In this document: one piece after another, positions 61,557-64,000 of the stretch
How positions within the stretch are numbered: position 1 is the first letter of the stretch
Layout of the letters: each line of letters begins with the position of its first letter
Assembly (NCBI RefSeq): GCF_947568905.1
Contig: NC_079164.1
Coordinates: 107,818,001-107,882,000 of the forward strand
Source of the DNA: Ostrea edulis
Lineage: Eukaryota
Direction of reading: 5' to 3'
DNA length: 64,000 bases
Notes under the pieces: generated by a model
The model's input: only the letters and a program-made list of their open reading frames with translations
Database searches by the model: none
What the model was told of the DNA's origin: nothing
Program-made: the position numbers and the translations under genes

Positions 61557-64000
61557 ATATGTATGTAACACTGACAGATATATTGTACTTTCAGAAAAAG
61601 AAGTGATGCTTTAAAACTGCAAAAATCATTATAGTTTATTATTCATATATTGCTATAATACTGTCCATCTACTTGTATATATACATGATGAACAATTCAT
61701 ATATGTATGTACTTGTTTCCCCAACATGCTGCATCCACTTGCAGTTTGCAGTCTATGTAACCTGTAGTTAATGTTGTAAACTTTCTTTCTTTTTTGAATT
61801 TCCTTCTTTATAAAATGACTTACTGTTATGCCCTCTGGGCCCAAAATTGGAATAAACTTATCTTATCTTATCTATTGTAAATGGAAATATCGTGTATTAT
61901 ATTTTACTTGTTACATATTTAACTAAATTTGTCAATTCATGTGATGGGGTTAAATCCCCTATAGCAAGATATTCTCGTGAAAACACAATTTATCAAGAGT
62001 AGATATATCATGTACAACCGAGAAAAATACCCGAGAAGTACAACTCTTTGTGTTTCATGTGAAAAGAAGAAAAAATGCTAAAGTGTCAGATACTTCTCAG
62101 GATTTAAACTTAGAACTCGCCAATTGCGAGTAAAATTTTGTGTGGGCGAGTAAATTTGCTGTCTTGCTTGCCCATATGGTGAATGATTTCTGTGAACAGG
62201 AATTGATCATAATTGTATCAGGTTTGGTAATCAGTTTATTTTATGCAACCAGACACTTTTCCGAGAGTTATTTACAAGCTTAATTTAAAGCGTTTTGGAG
62301 ACCACATCTAAGTCGAAAGTAAACCATGCACGAGTTTTAACCAAATTGATTGGAAAGATCGCTGGTGTCAAAACAGCAGGAAGTTTTTGAGCTGGCCAAA
62401 AAAAGAGCACAATTGCAGTCTTCATGATGATTATACCATAAGGATATGAAAAAATAGAATGCTACTGTTACTGTTAGTACAAAGAAAGCAACAGCAGAAC
62501 AAATTGAAAAAATATTGGAGCTGGAATGCAAATAATTTGATAATGAATGTTTCTGTGAAAGAGTATACACGTATCATATAAGATTTTTAAAAAAGTATGG
62601 AAACCTATTTTCAAACTCTAAATATTCCTGTGCATTCAAACGGTATAATGAAACAAACGCACACAAAATATATGATCCATAATTCACATCACAGACAATC
62701 ATATTGCTTGGTTTCGAATTTACTCTTTAATAGTAAATTCGAGCCTGAGCAATATAATTGCCTGTGATGTGAATGGATTTCTTGCATTATATTTTATAAT
62801 TATTAGATTTGGGCTAGCATGTTTTGTTGTATGCTCCCAGAAATAACATTTCGGGAGCCCACATGGCTCCTGAAAATTTTAGTTAAGTTTCAACCCTGCT
62901 TCTGCAAATATATAAATCAAAACAAAAGTGCTCATGATGTGCATTGGATTTCAGCCTCCTTCCTTCTTGCGCAGCAACGTTGATATGGAATATCTTGACT
63001 GGTGTCAATTTTATGGAGACAATTTGTGTCATGTTGAGTATGTGTCGCACTTATTCAGCATTGCACGGAATTTGCCATTATTTTCAATAAAAACAAGAAA
63101 AATACCTGTTTATAGTAATGTTTTCTTTCTCGCAAAAGAGGGATAATAGCATTTTAGCAAGAATATCTTGCTATAGGGGAAGTGTTCCTAACCTTTTAAA
63201 GAAAAATTTGAAAGGTATTATCTGAATGAGTGTGTATATATTATTTAATATATGTATGTAATTGTTTTACCACTTAAGACTCAATTCGCAGTTTGGTCAT
63301 GCATTGGAGACCTTGGGGGAAAAGCTTAGACATGGCATGCCAAATGGTTCACAAGAAATGAAGCATTATTTTCTCTAACAATGACAATAAACTATTTATA
63401 TATATGATATGAATATTCCCATGCATTGTAAACAATTTTACATTGTATTTTATTATACCGGTAGAAGGCCAATCTCTAAAGCTTACAAAAAGCGTGAAAC
63501 GATTACATGAATCAAAAGAGGGATGAGATAGACTGGGAATTCATACATTTCAGAGAAATTATTGCCACTCCAAAAAAAATTATGAAAAAGGGGGGGGGGT
63601 AGTAATATCCATACTTCAGGTGCCTGTGATTTTACTCGGAAAATCAACAACTTGGGTATCCCGCCAATTGTGCCACTGAGAATGTGTGAGATTTTGTGAA
63701 CTGTAACTAGGCAAACAATGTGTTTCCTTTTCATTTAGTTATTTTATTTCCATTAATTTAATTTGATATTTGAACATAAAGCATATATCCCAAATTTTAT
63801 TTATATATTCAGTTTGGACCAATAAGAATCTGATAGTATTTACTAGTCGTCAATTCAACATGTTCAAAGAATCAAATTGTACGTTCCCTCCCTCTTTCCT
63901 CTCTATTTCTCCTGAAATGCTCAAGGGACTTATTTCCCAGAGGTTGTTTTGTTTGGACTGTTGAGGTAGATGTCTTATCATTTGTGTGAATCTATAAGTT

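Noticed and set aside
62000-64000. Additional gene at the right end
   Set aside because: Only short ORFs with no recognisable domain or consistent splice pattern; a minus-strand open frame at about 63850-64000 is too short to call.

Overview
AT-rich animal genomic DNA with spliced genes. The repeat families point to a bivalve, most likely an oyster (Crassostrea/Magallana; inference). Three genes can be assembled by hand from GT-AG exons with consistent phases. (1) KIF15 kinesin on the minus strand: 27 exons traced between 39316 and 6781; the first exon(s) were not found and the 3' end probably runs off the left edge. (2) A 3-exon DUF218/YdcF-family gene on the plus strand (42447-44521, about 258 aa) of bacterial type. 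(3) Complete NUDCD1 on the minus strand (60022-44986, 9 exons, 589 aa). Introns are full of non-autonomous elements: Helentron/HINE-like elements with internal satellites, TTAA-flanked Kolobok-like elements, a hAT MITE with an 8-bp TSD, tRNA-derived SINEs, and a three-LTR TRIM. There are many minisatellites and one 200-N gap. The most unusual observation is that several tandem arrays are amplified copies of real exon-intron junctions. One KIF15 exon is followed by about 110 copies of its own splice donor (4.2 kb) and preceded by triplicated acceptors. Another KIF15 exon has 5 acceptors, and NUDCD1 exon 2 has 9 donors. No CRISPR, rRNA or true tRNA gene is supported. All coordinates were counted by hand and may be off by a few bases.
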